From positions 2,659 through 66,658 of the forward strand of contig JAUIFY010000002.1 of assembly GCA_030430245.1 (NCBI GenBank): DNA of 64,000 nucleotides. Reading direction: 5' to 3'. The notes beneath the pieces were generated by a model. That model searched no databases, was not told the DNA's origin, and saw only the letters and a program-made list of their open reading frames with translations. Positions 49,825-58,396 of the stretch are shown here, one piece after another (the stretch's first letter is position 1; each line of letters starts with the position of its first letter). Both the position numbers and the translations under genes were made by a program. The DNA is from a bacterium. GTDB lineage: Bacteria; Desulfobacterota; Binatia; UBA12015.

Positions 49825-50223
49825 ATGGACGACCCGCGGGAGCGCGTCTCGCCGATCGGACCGAGCACCGACCCACCCGCGGGGGTGCCCACCAACGACG
49901 GCCAGCTGACCGGCCCCCCGGCCCTCATGCTGGCGATCCTCGAAGACGCGATTCAATGCGCCCGCCTTCCCGCCGACGACCCGCATCCGGGGCGTCGCCG
50001 GCTGCGAAGCCGCGCCCGGTTTTGGATCCAACGTTCCGAGCCGGATTGGCTCTTCTCCTTCGAGAGCATCTGCGATGCACTCTCGATCGACGCGAGCACG
50101 CTGCGACGGCGGATCACGAGCACCGGTCCGGTCGACCGCGCCGGGAATCCCCGCCGGCTCCACGGGCTGCCGCGTCGACCGCAGAAGCTCACGACGAGCC
50201 ACGGGAGACCCGACACGCCATGA
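49825..50223 (+). CDS. Small hypothetical protein translationally coupled to the GST gene
   Basis: GC3 is high. The core is ALMLAILEDAIQCARLP...ARFWIQRSEPDWLFSFESICDALSIDASTLRRRI. Its stop overlaps the GST ATG (ATGA). The start is uncertain (ATG 49825 or ATG 49927). Confidence 0.4.
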   Translation: MDDPRERVSPIGPSTDPPAGVPTNDGQLTGPPALMLAILEDAIQCARLPADDPHPGRRRLRSRARFWIQRSEPDWLFSFESICDALSIDASTLRRRITSTGPVDRAGNPRRLHGLPRRPQKLTTSHGRPDTP

Positions 50224-50903
50224 AGCTCTACTCTGGACCGCTCAGCCTCTTCACCGCCAAGGTTCGCATCGCTCTTCGCGAAAAGGGCCTCGACTGCGAC
50301 CTCTGGAGCGTCCCCTTCTGCCGGGAGACCGGCTACGACCCGAAGCCGGCGGACGTCGTCCGCCTCCACCCACAGGCGCTCGTCCCGATCCTCGTCGACG
50401 GCGACCTGGTGGTCTACGACTCGACGCGCATCTTCGAGTACCTCGAGGAGCGCAACCCGACGCCTCCCCTGTATCCGAACGGGCTCGAAGAACGGGTGCG
50501 TTGCCGGGAGCTCGAAGCGTACGGAGACGAGATCTTCTTTCCGAACGTGTGGACGCTGGTCGAGCAAGTCTTCTACCAGACGGAGGCCGCAGCCGAGGAC
50601 GCCGCGGCCGTCGAGACCGCGCAACGGGCGATCCACGCCGACTACGAGCGCTTCGACGCCCGACTCGAGGGACGAGAGTGGTTCTGCGCCGGCTTCTCCG
50701 TGGCCGACATCTCGATCTTCATGGGCATCAACTTCGCCTCGAACCTCGGCTGCCCGCCCCCCGAGGGACGGCTCGCGCTCGCGGCCTGGCTCGGTCGGAT
50801 GAACGCGCGCCCGTCCGTGGCCGTGGAGGTGGAGCGCATGCAGGCGGACGTGGCGCGGGTGTTCGCCGGAGAGAGGCTCGAGGAAGGCCCCCGCACTCTC
50901 TGA
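50220..50903 (+). CDS. Glutathione S-transferase family protein
   Basis: Has a thioredoxin-like N-domain (KLYSGPLSLFTAKVRIAL, LVPILVDGDLVVYDSTRIFEYLEE) and a helical C-domain. Confidence 0.85.
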   Translation: MKLYSGPLSLFTAKVRIALREKGLDCDLWSVPFCRETGYDPKPADVVRLHPQALVPILVDGDLVVYDSTRIFEYLEERNPTPPLYPNGLEERVRCRELEAYGDEIFFPNVWTLVEQVFYQTEAAAEDAAAVETAQRAIHADYERFDARLEGREWFCAGFSVADISIFMGINFASNLGCPPPEGRLALAAWLGRMNARPSVAVEVERMQADVARVFAGERLEEGPRTL

Positions 50904-50970
50904 GCGAGCCGTCCGGGCCGCGCCTTCCCTTGCTCCGCCGCGCCGGGCCGAGGCATAGAGAGCGCGGCCC

Positions 50971-52170
50971 ATGCGCGCGCTCTGCCTTGCACTCGGCCTG
51001 TTCGTCGGCGTCGGCGCGGCGAGCTGTGCGACGAAGAAGCCCCTTTCGGCCGGGCCGAGGATGACGTTCGCGCGCTCCGCCTCGTCCCTCCTCGACCGGC
51101 ACCGGGTGCCCGGCGTGGTCGTCGCACAGATCGAACGGGGCGAGGTCGTCGCCGTCGAGGCGTTCGGCGACGCCGATCGCGAACGTCGCACGGCGATGAC
51201 CGGCGACACGGTGCTGCAGGTCGGGTCCGTCTCGAAGAGCGTCGCGGCGTGGGTCCTGATGCGCCTGGTGCAGGACGGGCGGATCGACCTCGACGCGTCT
51301 CTCACCCGGTACGTGACGCCCTGGCCGCTCCCGCGGAGCCGCTACGATCCCCTCCTCACGCTGCGCCGGGTCCTGAGCCACACGGGCGGCACCAACGTGG
51401 CGGGCTACACGGGCTTCCCGCCCGGCGCGCCGGTGCAGAGTCTGCGCGATTCTCTCGCCGGCGCACGGGATGCGGGCGGCGCGGCGCTCCGCGTCGAGCG
51501 CGTGCCGGGCCGGGGCTGGGCGTACTCCGGCGGCGGCTACACGCTCGCGGAGCTCACCGCCGAATCGGTGAGCGGCCGGCTCTTCCCCGACCTGGCGCAC
51601 CGCACGGTGCTCGCGCCGCTCGGCATGACCCGAAGCTCGTTCCGCCAGCCGGGCACGCAGCTCCCCGCGCGACTCGCCACGTCGTACGCGCGCGACGGGA
51701 CGCCGCTCGCCGTGCGGCGCTACGCGGCGCGCGCCGCGGCGGGCCTCTACTCGACCGGCCACGACCTCGCGAAGTGGGTCGCGGCGCTCCTGATCGGTCC
51801 GCCGCCGGCCTCGCCGGGCCGCGGCGTGCTCACGCCGCACACGATCGCGCAGATGCTGAGCCCGCAGCCATCGGCGGAGTGCGATCTCGTGTTCTCCGGG
51901 TGCCGGTTCGGGCTCGGCTACGCGCTCGTGCGGCTCGACGGCGAGCACGAGGAGATGCTCGCCTACCACCCGGGCGACAACCCCCCGGGGTGGCACTCGT
52001 TCATCGCGGCGCTTCCGAGCCGACGCTCGGGGCTCGTGGTTCTGACGAACGGCGAGGGGGGCCGGGAGCTTCGCATGGATGCGTTCTGCGAGTGGCTACC
52101 GCACCAGGGCGCCGGAACCGTACCCGAATGCCGCGACGGCCGGTACACCGCCCCGGCGGAAGAGAATTGA
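50971..52170 (+). CDS. Beta-lactamase-fold serine hydrolase (class C / PBP4*-like), lipoprotein
   Basis: Has the lipobox-like GVGAASC and the SxxK motif QVGSVSKSV, plus YSGGGY and YHPGDNPPGW. Confidence 0.8.
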   Translation: MRALCLALGLFVGVGAASCATKKPLSAGPRMTFARSASSLLDRHRVPGVVVAQIERGEVVAVEAFGDADRERRTAMTGDTVLQVGSVSKSVAAWVLMRLVQDGRIDLDASLTRYVTPWPLPRSRYDPLLTLRRVLSHTGGTNVAGYTGFPPGAPVQSLRDSLAGARDAGGAALRVERVPGRGWAYSGGGYTLAELTAESVSGRLFPDLAHRTVLAPLGMTRSSFRQPGTQLPARLATSYARDGTPLAVRRYAARAAAGLYSTGHDLAKWVAALLIGPPPASPGRGVLTPHTIAQMLSPQPSAECDLVFSGCRFGLGYALVRLDGEHEEMLAYHPGDNPPGWHSFIAALPSRRSGLVVLTNGEGGRELRMDAFCEWLPHQGAGTVPECRDGRYTAPAEEN

Positions 52171-52328
52171 CTCGAGAGAGAGATCGCTTGTAGAGACGGT
52201 TTTCCGGGCCGTCCGCTCGTCGACGACGCCCTCGTCGACGCCGCTCCGGCGACAAGGTGGCCGCGCTCCGGGCCGAGCACGGACACCCGCGTCGATTCCG
52301 AGACCAAGACCCTTCGAGGAGACCTGCG

Positions 52329-53321
52329 ATGAAGTGCCGGGAGCTGATGAAGCTGGAGAACACGGGCCACCAGGGGATCAACTCGATCTTCAGCAAGGCC
52401 CACTCGGCCGACTGGGACATCGACCGCGACGTCGACTGGTCGACGCCCGTCGAGCCGGACGATTCCCTCGTCGATCACGAGTGGACGGCCTTCGGTCGCA
52501 CGCCGACGTTCCAGGCCCTGCCCGCCGAGGTCCGCCACTACGTGACGCGCCGCGGACTCGGCCGCGTGCTGAACATCCTGCAGGTCGGCGAGAGCGTCGC
52601 GCAGGACGTGTGCGCGAAGCTCGCGCTCGGGCTTCGACACGAAGACCACCGGAACGCGGCCGTCGCCCAGGCGATGGACGAAGCGCGCCACCACCTCGCG
52701 TACGTTCGCTTCCTCGAGAAGATGGGCGAGGAGCCGGAGGACATCGACCCGTTCACCGAGGACATGTTCGATACGCTGCTCGCGACCGAGGAGCCGCGGC
52801 GCCTCATCGCGTTCGAGCAGTTCTATCTCGAGAGCATGGCGATGAACATCTTCGAGGGCATCCACGACCATGCGACGAATCCCCTCTTGAAGGACATCCT
52901 CGCGCTGATCACGCGCGACGAGAGCCGCCACATGGGGTTCGGCGTCCTCTATCTCGCCGAGTGGATGAAGGAGGCGTCGCTCGACGACCGGATCCGCTTC
53001 GCGAAGGCCTGGCTGCCCCGGATCCTCTTCACGGTCGAAGATCGCCCCGGGCCGTTGATGCTCCGCCAGGTCCTCCGCCGCATCGAGGAGGCCGGGTATC
53101 CCGACGCGGCCAGGCTCGCCCCCGACCTGCTGCGCGAGCAGCAGGAGCGCAACGCGGAGGAGAACGCGCGGGTCCTCGACGGCTCGAAGCCCTCCCATCT
53201 CCTGAAAAGCGCAAAGAACGTGGGGCTTCTCGCGCCCGAGATCACCGACGCCCTGGGGCTGAGCGATCACCCGCTCGTCCAGGCGGGCCGCCGCGCGGGC
53301 GACGGCGCACCGGCCTCCTGA
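52329..53321 (+). CDS. Ferritin-like di-iron carboxylate oxygenase (AurF/R2-like)
   Basis: Has two ExxH motifs (MDEARHH, RDESRHM) and preceding carboxylates (VGESVAQD, YLESMAMN) with the spacing of a four-helix-bundle di-iron site. Confidence 0.65.
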   Translation: MKCRELMKLENTGHQGINSIFSKAHSADWDIDRDVDWSTPVEPDDSLVDHEWTAFGRTPTFQALPAEVRHYVTRRGLGRVLNILQVGESVAQDVCAKLALGLRHEDHRNAAVAQAMDEARHHLAYVRFLEKMGEEPEDIDPFTEDMFDTLLATEEPRRLIAFEQFYLESMAMNIFEGIHDHATNPLLKDILALITRDESRHMGFGVLYLAEWMKEASLDDRIRFAKAWLPRILFTVEDRPGPLMLRQVLRRIEEAGYPDAARLAPDLLREQQERNAEENARVLDGSKPSHLLKSAKNVGLLAPEITDALGLSDHPLVQAGRRAGDGAPAS

Positions 53322-53466
53322 GCCGGCGCTCTCGATACGAACGATCGTTCGAAGACCGGGTGCGCGCGCCCGGGAAACCGCATTGCGCGGTGCCGCGCGA
53401 ACGGTGTACCGATTTCCATCGCTCGTCGGCGCCCCGCCGGCCCGCACCACGGTAAGGACGAACCCC

Positions 53467-54030
53467 ATGAACCTCTCCTCGGCAACTCGCACGACGACAC
53501 TCGCCTTCGCCACGGCCGGACTCCTCGCGGCTCCCTTGTCGGCGCACGCGCAGTACGCGCCCACACACGGATGCAAGGTGAACGGCGTCTCCAACCAGCC
53601 GTGCGAAGGAACGCCGGGCAACGACCGAATCACCGGCACGACCGGTGACGACGTCATCCTCGGCCACGGCGGGCGGGATCGAATCCGGGGACGTCGCGGT
53701 AACGACATCATCCTCGGCGGCGAAGGCGACGACTTCATCGAGGGCGGCGAAGGCGAGGACCTGATCCTCGGCGGACCCGGCCGCGACCGCCTGAAGGGCG
53801 ATCGCCACGACGACGTGATCTTCGGCGAAGAGGGTGACGATCGCCTGGTGGGCAAGCACGGCGACGACTACCTCGACGGCGGCCCCGGCAACGACCGCAT
53901 CTCCGGCCACAACGGCAACGACGACATCGAGGGCGGCGAGGGCCTCGACCTCATCTCCGGCGGCTCGAACGAAGACCTCTGCAAGGACTCCGACGACGTC
54001 TTCCGCATGAAGCGCTGCGAGATCTTCTAG
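53467..54030 (+). CDS. Secreted calcium-binding RTX-type nonapeptide-repeat protein
   Basis: Has the Sec signal MNLSSATRTTTLAFATAGLLAAPLSAHA and 13 consecutive GxxGxDxxx units (GNDRITGTT GDDVILGHG GRDRIRGRR GNDIILGGE GDDFIEGGE ...). Confidence 0.8.
   Translation: MNLSSATRTTTLAFATAGLLAAPLSAHAQYAPTHGCKVNGVSNQPCEGTPGNDRITGTTGDDVILGHGGRDRIRGRRGNDIILGGEGDDFIEGGEGEDLILGGPGRDRLKGDRHDDVIFGEEGDDRLVGKHGDDYLDGGPGNDRISGHNGNDDIEGGEGLDLISGGSNEDLCKDSDDVFRMKRCEIF
53617..53967 (+). repeat. 27-nt in-frame tandem repeat encoding 13 RTX-type nonapeptides
   Basis: Seen directly in the translation. The periodicity also keeps the antisense frame open (shadow ORF 53242..54048). Confidence 0.75.
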
Positions 54031-54100
54031 GCTCGTCTCGTTCTCCACGGTGCGCCCACCCTTGCGGAAGGCCGCGCGTGGGCTGCTACGATCCTCTCCC

Positions 54101-55642
54101 GTGAGCTGGGAGAAGGAAGTCGAGCAGATCGAGGAGCGTCGTCGCCTGGCGAAGGCGCTCGGAGGACCGGAGGCCGTCGAGCGTCAGCACGAGCGCGGTC
54201 GGCTCACCGTTCGGGAGCGCATCGACGCGCTGATCGACTCCGAATCGTTCCGCGAGACCGGGCCGATCGCCGGCTACGCGGAGACCGACGAGGACGGGGC
54301 GCTCACGTCGTTCCAGCCCGGCAACTACGTGCTCGGGATGGCCAGGGTGGACGGCCGCCCCTGCGTGGTCGGGGGCGAGGACTTCACGCAGCGGGGCGGC
54401 TCTCCCACGCCGGCCGGCCTGCGGAAGAGCGTGTACGCGGAAGAGCTCGCGTGCGCGCGGCGCGTTCCCCTCGTGCGCTTCCTCGAAGGAGGCGGCGGCA
54501 GCGTTCGCGGCTCGAGCAAGCGCGGTCCGTCGCCCGACCCCGTCTACACGACCCACCGCTTCGTCTCGATCGCGCGCGTCCTGGAGACCGCGCCCGTCGT
54601 CTCGGCCGCGCTCGGCGCCGTCGCGGGCTTTCCCGCCGCGCGGCTCGTCGCCTCGCACTTCGCGATCATGACGCGCGACACGGCGCAGGTTCTGATCGGC
54701 GGCCCCGCCCTGGTCGAGCGCGCGCTCGGCGAGGTGAAGACGAAGGAGGAGCTCGGCGGCGCGCACGTGCACGAGCGCTCGGGAGTCGTCGACGCCGTCG
54801 CGGCGGACGAGAGCGAGGTCTTCGATCTGATGCGGCGGTTCCTCTCGTACATGCCGACCAACGTCTGGGAGCTACCCCCGGTCGGACCGACGGACGACGC
54901 GCCGGACCGCCGCGAGGAAGCGCTCCTGAAGATCATCCCGCGCAACCGCCGGCGGGTGTACGACGCGCGCAAGCTCGTGAGCCTCGTCGTCGACCGGGGG
55001 TCGTTCTTCGAGATGACGCCCTTGTACGGACGACCGCAGATCACCGCGCTCGCGCGGCTGAACGGCGTTCCGGTCGGCGTCCTCGCGAACGACCCGTTCC
55101 ACCTGGGCGGCTCGATGTCGGCCGACAGCGCGCAGAAGTTCCGGCGCTTCGTGCGCCTCTGCGAGACCTTCCACCTGCCGATCCTGAGCTTCGTCGACCA
55201 GCCGGGCTTCATGATCGGCTCGGACGCCGAGGCGACCGCGACGATCCGCCACGGGATGGAGGCGATCGCCGAGACGGTGCGCTCGACCGTGCCGTGGGCG
55301 TCGGTGATCGTCCGCAAGTCGTACGGCGTCGCGGCGGCCGCCCACTTCGGTCCCGGGGGAACGGTGTTCGCGTGGCCGTCGGCCGAGCGCGGCGCCCTGC
55401 CGCTCGAGGGCGGCGTCGCCGTCGCCTTCCGCAAGGAGATCGCGGCCGCGCCCGATCCCGACACGAAGCGAAAGGAGCTCGAGGAGATGCTCTCGAAGGG
55501 ACGCACCCCGTTCCCCTCGGCCGACTTCTTCTCCGTGCACGACCTGATCGACCCGCGCGCGACCCGCCCGGCGCTCTGCGAGTGGCTGGAGAGCGTCCAG
55601 CCGCTCCTCGGCTACCGGATCCGCGCGCTCGGCCCGCGGTGA
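54101..55642 (+). CDS. Acyl-CoA carboxylase carboxyltransferase (beta) subunit
   Basis: Contains WEKEVEQIEERRRLAKALGGPEAVERQHERGRLTVRERIDALIDSESFRE, GGEDFTQRGGS, FLEGGGGS and FVDQPGFMIGSDAE. GTG 54101 was chosen; GTG 54050 is possible. Confidence 0.85.
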   Translation: MSWEKEVEQIEERRRLAKALGGPEAVERQHERGRLTVRERIDALIDSESFRETGPIAGYAETDEDGALTSFQPGNYVLGMARVDGRPCVVGGEDFTQRGGSPTPAGLRKSVYAEELACARRVPLVRFLEGGGGSVRGSSKRGPSPDPVYTTHRFVSIARVLETAPVVSAALGAVAGFPAARLVASHFAIMTRDTAQVLIGGPALVERALGEVKTKEELGGAHVHERSGVVDAVAADESEVFDLMRRFLSYMPTNVWELPPVGPTDDAPDRREEALLKIIPRNRRRVYDARKLVSLVVDRGSFFEMTPLYGRPQITALARLNGVPVGVLANDPFHLGGSMSADSAQKFRRFVRLCETFHLPILSFVDQPGFMIGSDAEATATIRHGMEAIAETVRSTVPWASVIVRKSYGVAAAAHFGPGGTVFAWPSAERGALPLEGGVAVAFRKEIAAAPDPDTKRKELEEMLSKGRTPFPSADFFSVHDLIDPRATRPALCEWLESVQPLLGYRIRALGPR

Positions 55643-55866
55643 GAGTCCCCGCGCCCCTCGCCGTGCTTCGCGGCGCCTCGGGGCGCCGATCGGCTCGGCG
55701 GGAGACGGACGTCGTCGCGGACGCCGCCCGAGAGCTCTCCATGGATGGCACGGCGATTGGTTCTCCTTCGAGATCGGACGCCCGTGTGCCCCGGGGACGA
55801 GGCGCCGGGCGGGCCCGAGGACGCATCGTGAGCAGAAAGTACCGTAGAACGAGCAGGAGGTCGGGC

Positions 55867-56004
55867 ATGACGCGGGCCATCGACACGACGGGAGCGCTCG
55901 TCGTCGCCACCGCACTCCGTCGGACGGAACGCGCGGGCGGCGGGGGCAGCGCCGCGGCACCCGGCGCGACCGCTGCCACGCGCACGACCGGGACGCGGGA
56001 GTAG
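55867..56004 (+). CDS. 45-aa hypothetical peptide immediately upstream of the zinc-ribbon metallopeptidase gene
   Basis: AGGAGG (55855-55860) lies 6 nt before the ATG. GC3 is about 85-90%. The peptide is MTRAIDTTGALVVATALRRTERAGGGGSAAAPGATAATRTTGTRE. Its stop is 4 nt before the next ATG. Confidence 0.35.
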   Translation: MTRAIDTTGALVVATALRRTERAGGGGSAAAPGATAATRTTGTRE

Positions 56005-56008
56005 AGGC

Positions 56009-57094
56009 ATGCGACCCTTCTCGTGCACGTGCGGCAACGCCGTCTTCTTCGAGAACACGGCCTGCGTGGCCTGCCACCGGGAGGTGGGCTGGTGCCCGGT
56101 TTGTCGGCAGATCGTCGCGCTCGAGCCCGATCCCGACGCCGTCGACGGCACCCGGTGCGGCAACCTCGCCTGCGGCGCCGCTCTGCGGAAGTGCCACAAC
56201 TACGCGACCGAGCAGGTGTGCAACCGGTGCATCCCGGCGACCGACGACACGTCGCCCCTGTGCGACGGCTGCCGTCTGAACCACATCATCCCCGACCTCT
56301 CCGTCGAGGGGAATCGCGAGAAGTGGGCGCGCCTGGAGGCGGCGAAGCGGCGCCTCCTCTACACGATCGACCTGCTCGGCCTGCCGTACGGGACGGCCGA
56401 GGACGGCGTGGATCCGCCGCTCTCGTTCGACTTCAAGGCCGACATCGGGCCGGCGGACGCGGGATGGGAGATGGGCCCGACCGAGCGCGTCTTCACCGGC
56501 CACGCCGACGGCCGGATCACCATCAACCTGCGCGAGGCCGACGAGGTCGCGCGCGAGAAGGCGCGGGTCTACCACCAGGAGGCGCACCGGACGCTCATCG
56601 GGCACTTCCGGCACGAGATCGGCCACTACTACTGGCAGATGTTGGTGCAGGGCGTACGCGACGAGGAGTTCGCGCGGGTCTTCGGCGACCCCGACGACCC
56701 GACGTACGCCGAGGCGCAGCAGGCGTACTACGACTCCGAGCCTCCCCCGGACTGGCAGGAGCGCTTCATCAGCGTCTACGCGACCATGCATCCCTGGGAG
56801 GACTTCGCGGAGAGCTTCGGCACCTATCTCGACATGGTGAGCGTTCTCGACACCGCGGTGCAGATGGGCGTCGGCCACGTGCACCCGCCCGACGCATCGC
56901 TCGAAGACATGGTGCGCGCGTACGCGGGCCTCGGCGTGGTGCTGAACGAGATGAACCGCGCGATGGGCTTGCTCGATCTCACGCCCGAGGTGTTCACCGA
57001 GCCGGTCGTCGCGAAGCTCGCGTTCGTGGACGACGTCGTTCGATCGGAACGCGCGCCTGCGCGCGCGGCGAACGAAGGAGGAGCCGTCGCGTAG
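56009..57094 (+). CDS. Zinc-ribbon domain + putative zinc metallopeptidase (DUF2248-like)
   Basis: Has N-terminal Cys clusters (CTCGNAVFFENTACVACH, CPVC, CGNLACG, CNRC, CDGC) and HExxH in FRHEIGHYYW, followed by HPWEDFAESF. Confidence 0.75.
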   Translation: MRPFSCTCGNAVFFENTACVACHREVGWCPVCRQIVALEPDPDAVDGTRCGNLACGAALRKCHNYATEQVCNRCIPATDDTSPLCDGCRLNHIIPDLSVEGNREKWARLEAAKRRLLYTIDLLGLPYGTAEDGVDPPLSFDFKADIGPADAGWEMGPTERVFTGHADGRITINLREADEVAREKARVYHQEAHRTLIGHFRHEIGHYYWQMLVQGVRDEEFARVFGDPDDPTYAEAQQAYYDSEPPPDWQERFISVYATMHPWEDFAESFGTYLDMVSVLDTAVQMGVGHVHPPDASLEDMVRAYAGLGVVLNEMNRAMGLLDLTPEVFTEPVVAKLAFVDDVVRSERAPARAANEGGAVA

Positions 57095-57246
57095 CCGTGC
57101 GCTCGGACGCAGCACCGGGCGTGCCGTCCCAGCGCTCGCGGGCGGCGACGTCGATACGGAGGCGTCGCGCCCGGTCCCTTCCCACCGGCTTCGGCTGCGC
57201 GCGCGCGGCGCGATCCTCGATGCGAGGGGTCGCCGCGTTCGGCGAG

Positions 57247-57263
57247 CCGCGGGGCGCCCGCGG
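57247..57263. terminator. GC hairpin between convergent genes (possible bidirectional terminator)
   Basis: CCGCGGG-GCG-CCCGCGG forms a 7-bp perfect stem. There is no U-tract on either side. Confidence 0.3.
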
Positions 57264-57274
57264 GCCGCGCCGCC

Positions 57275-58072
57275 TCAGCGGCCTTTCGAGAGGTCGCGCA
57301 GGCTGAACGTCCGCGGGGGAATGCCGCGGTCGTACTCGACGTCGCGGCGCACGAAGATCGTGCTGCGCTCGCTCGAGGGGTTCGCGATCTCGACCTTCGA
57401 CGCGATCGGGCGCTCGTCGGCCTCGCCCCACTCGAGAACGGTGACGCGCCGATGCACGGTCGCGCCCTTGCCGCGCGCCTCGAGCTGGTGGATGCGCTCG
57501 TCGTCGAGCCCGATCCACACGCGGAAGCGCCGGCCGTGGGGCCATTCGCGCTCGCCGACGTCGACGTCGACGACCGCCAGCTCGACGCCGTCCTTCGTCT
57601 CCTCGCCGACCACCTCCGCCGTCACGTCCTCGGCCATGCGCGGCAGGAGGTCGAGGAGCTGCGCGTCGCGATAGCTCGGCTCGTTTCCGTACGCGGGCGC
57701 GTCGTCGCTCTGCCCGGTCGCGATCTTCTGGAACTTCCGCGTCTGCGGCGCCCAGACCCATGCGTCGCCCTCCTCCTCCGCGCCCCAGACGTCGAGCACC
57801 CGGAGACCGAGCACGTCGGCGGGGCCGAGGAACTCGGTGAGGGACGAGATCTTCAGGTCCTCGCCGAGCGCCTCCTTCGCCTCGACGCGACGCTCGCGCA
57901 CCTTGTCGTCCTTCGCGAACGTCTCGACGGTCATGACGGACTTCCGGTCGCTCCATCCGGCGGGACCCGACATCTTCGCGGAGCCCGCGAGAAGCGCCGC
58001 GCCGTCGAGCGCCCAGGACGGAGCGGCGACGAGAAGAAGGAGCAAGACGAGGCCAGGGATTCTGCGAGGCAT
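57275..58072 (-). CDS. LolA-like outer-membrane lipoprotein-sorting family protein (periplasmic)
   Basis: Has the signal MPRRIPGLVLLLLLVAAPSWA. WVWAPQTRKFQKIATGQSDDAPAYGNEPSYRDA resembles the LolA_like family block as I remember it. Confidence 0.6.
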   Translation of the reverse strand: MPRRIPGLVLLLLLVAAPSWALDGAALLAGSAKMSGPAGWSDRKSVMTVETFAKDDKVRERRVEAKEALGEDLKISSLTEFLGPADVLGLRVLDVWGAEEEGDAWVWAPQTRKFQKIATGQSDDAPAYGNEPSYRDAQLLDLLPRMAEDVTAEVVGEETKDGVELAVVDVDVGEREWPHGRRFRVWIGLDDERIHQLEARGKGATVHRRVTVLEWGEADERPIASKVEIANPSSERSTIFVRRDVEYDRGIPPRTFSLRDLSKGR

Positions 58073-58269
58073 TCCGACGATTAGACACGGGTCGAGGGAA
58101 GGCACAAGTCGGCCGATCCGGCGCACCCTGGGCAGGTGCCGTGCGCAGCGCGCACCGGCGGCGAGAATTACTTTCTCCAGATTCTTGCTTCACCTGCGAA
58201 GGCCAGGTGTGATCTACCGCCGGAGCAATGGGAAGCGTCCCGGGGAGGCAATGCCGCCTCGCCGGCGAG

Positions 58270-58288
58270 CCCGGACACCGTGTCCGGG
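58270..58288. promoter_or_regulatory. Perfect 19-bp palindrome CCCGGACAC-C-GTGTCCGGG upstream of the DUF1111 gene
   Basis: It lies 109 nt upstream of ATG 58397, in the divergent intergenic region shared with the LolA-like gene. Confidence 0.35.
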
Positions 58289-58396
58289 AACCGCGCACGA
58301 GCCTTTGGGGAAGGCGGCGGCGGGCCCGACGTCAGGGAGGTACATAGCTCGCGGAGCATCGACCGGGGGGTCGCGACCGAACCAGGAGGAAGCTCG

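Noticed and set aside
53242-54048. 268-aa minus-strand ORF overlapping the RTX-repeat gene.
   Set aside because: It is the antisense shadow of a 27-nt periodic coding repeat. The plus-strand product has a signal peptide and canonical GxxGxD nonapeptides.
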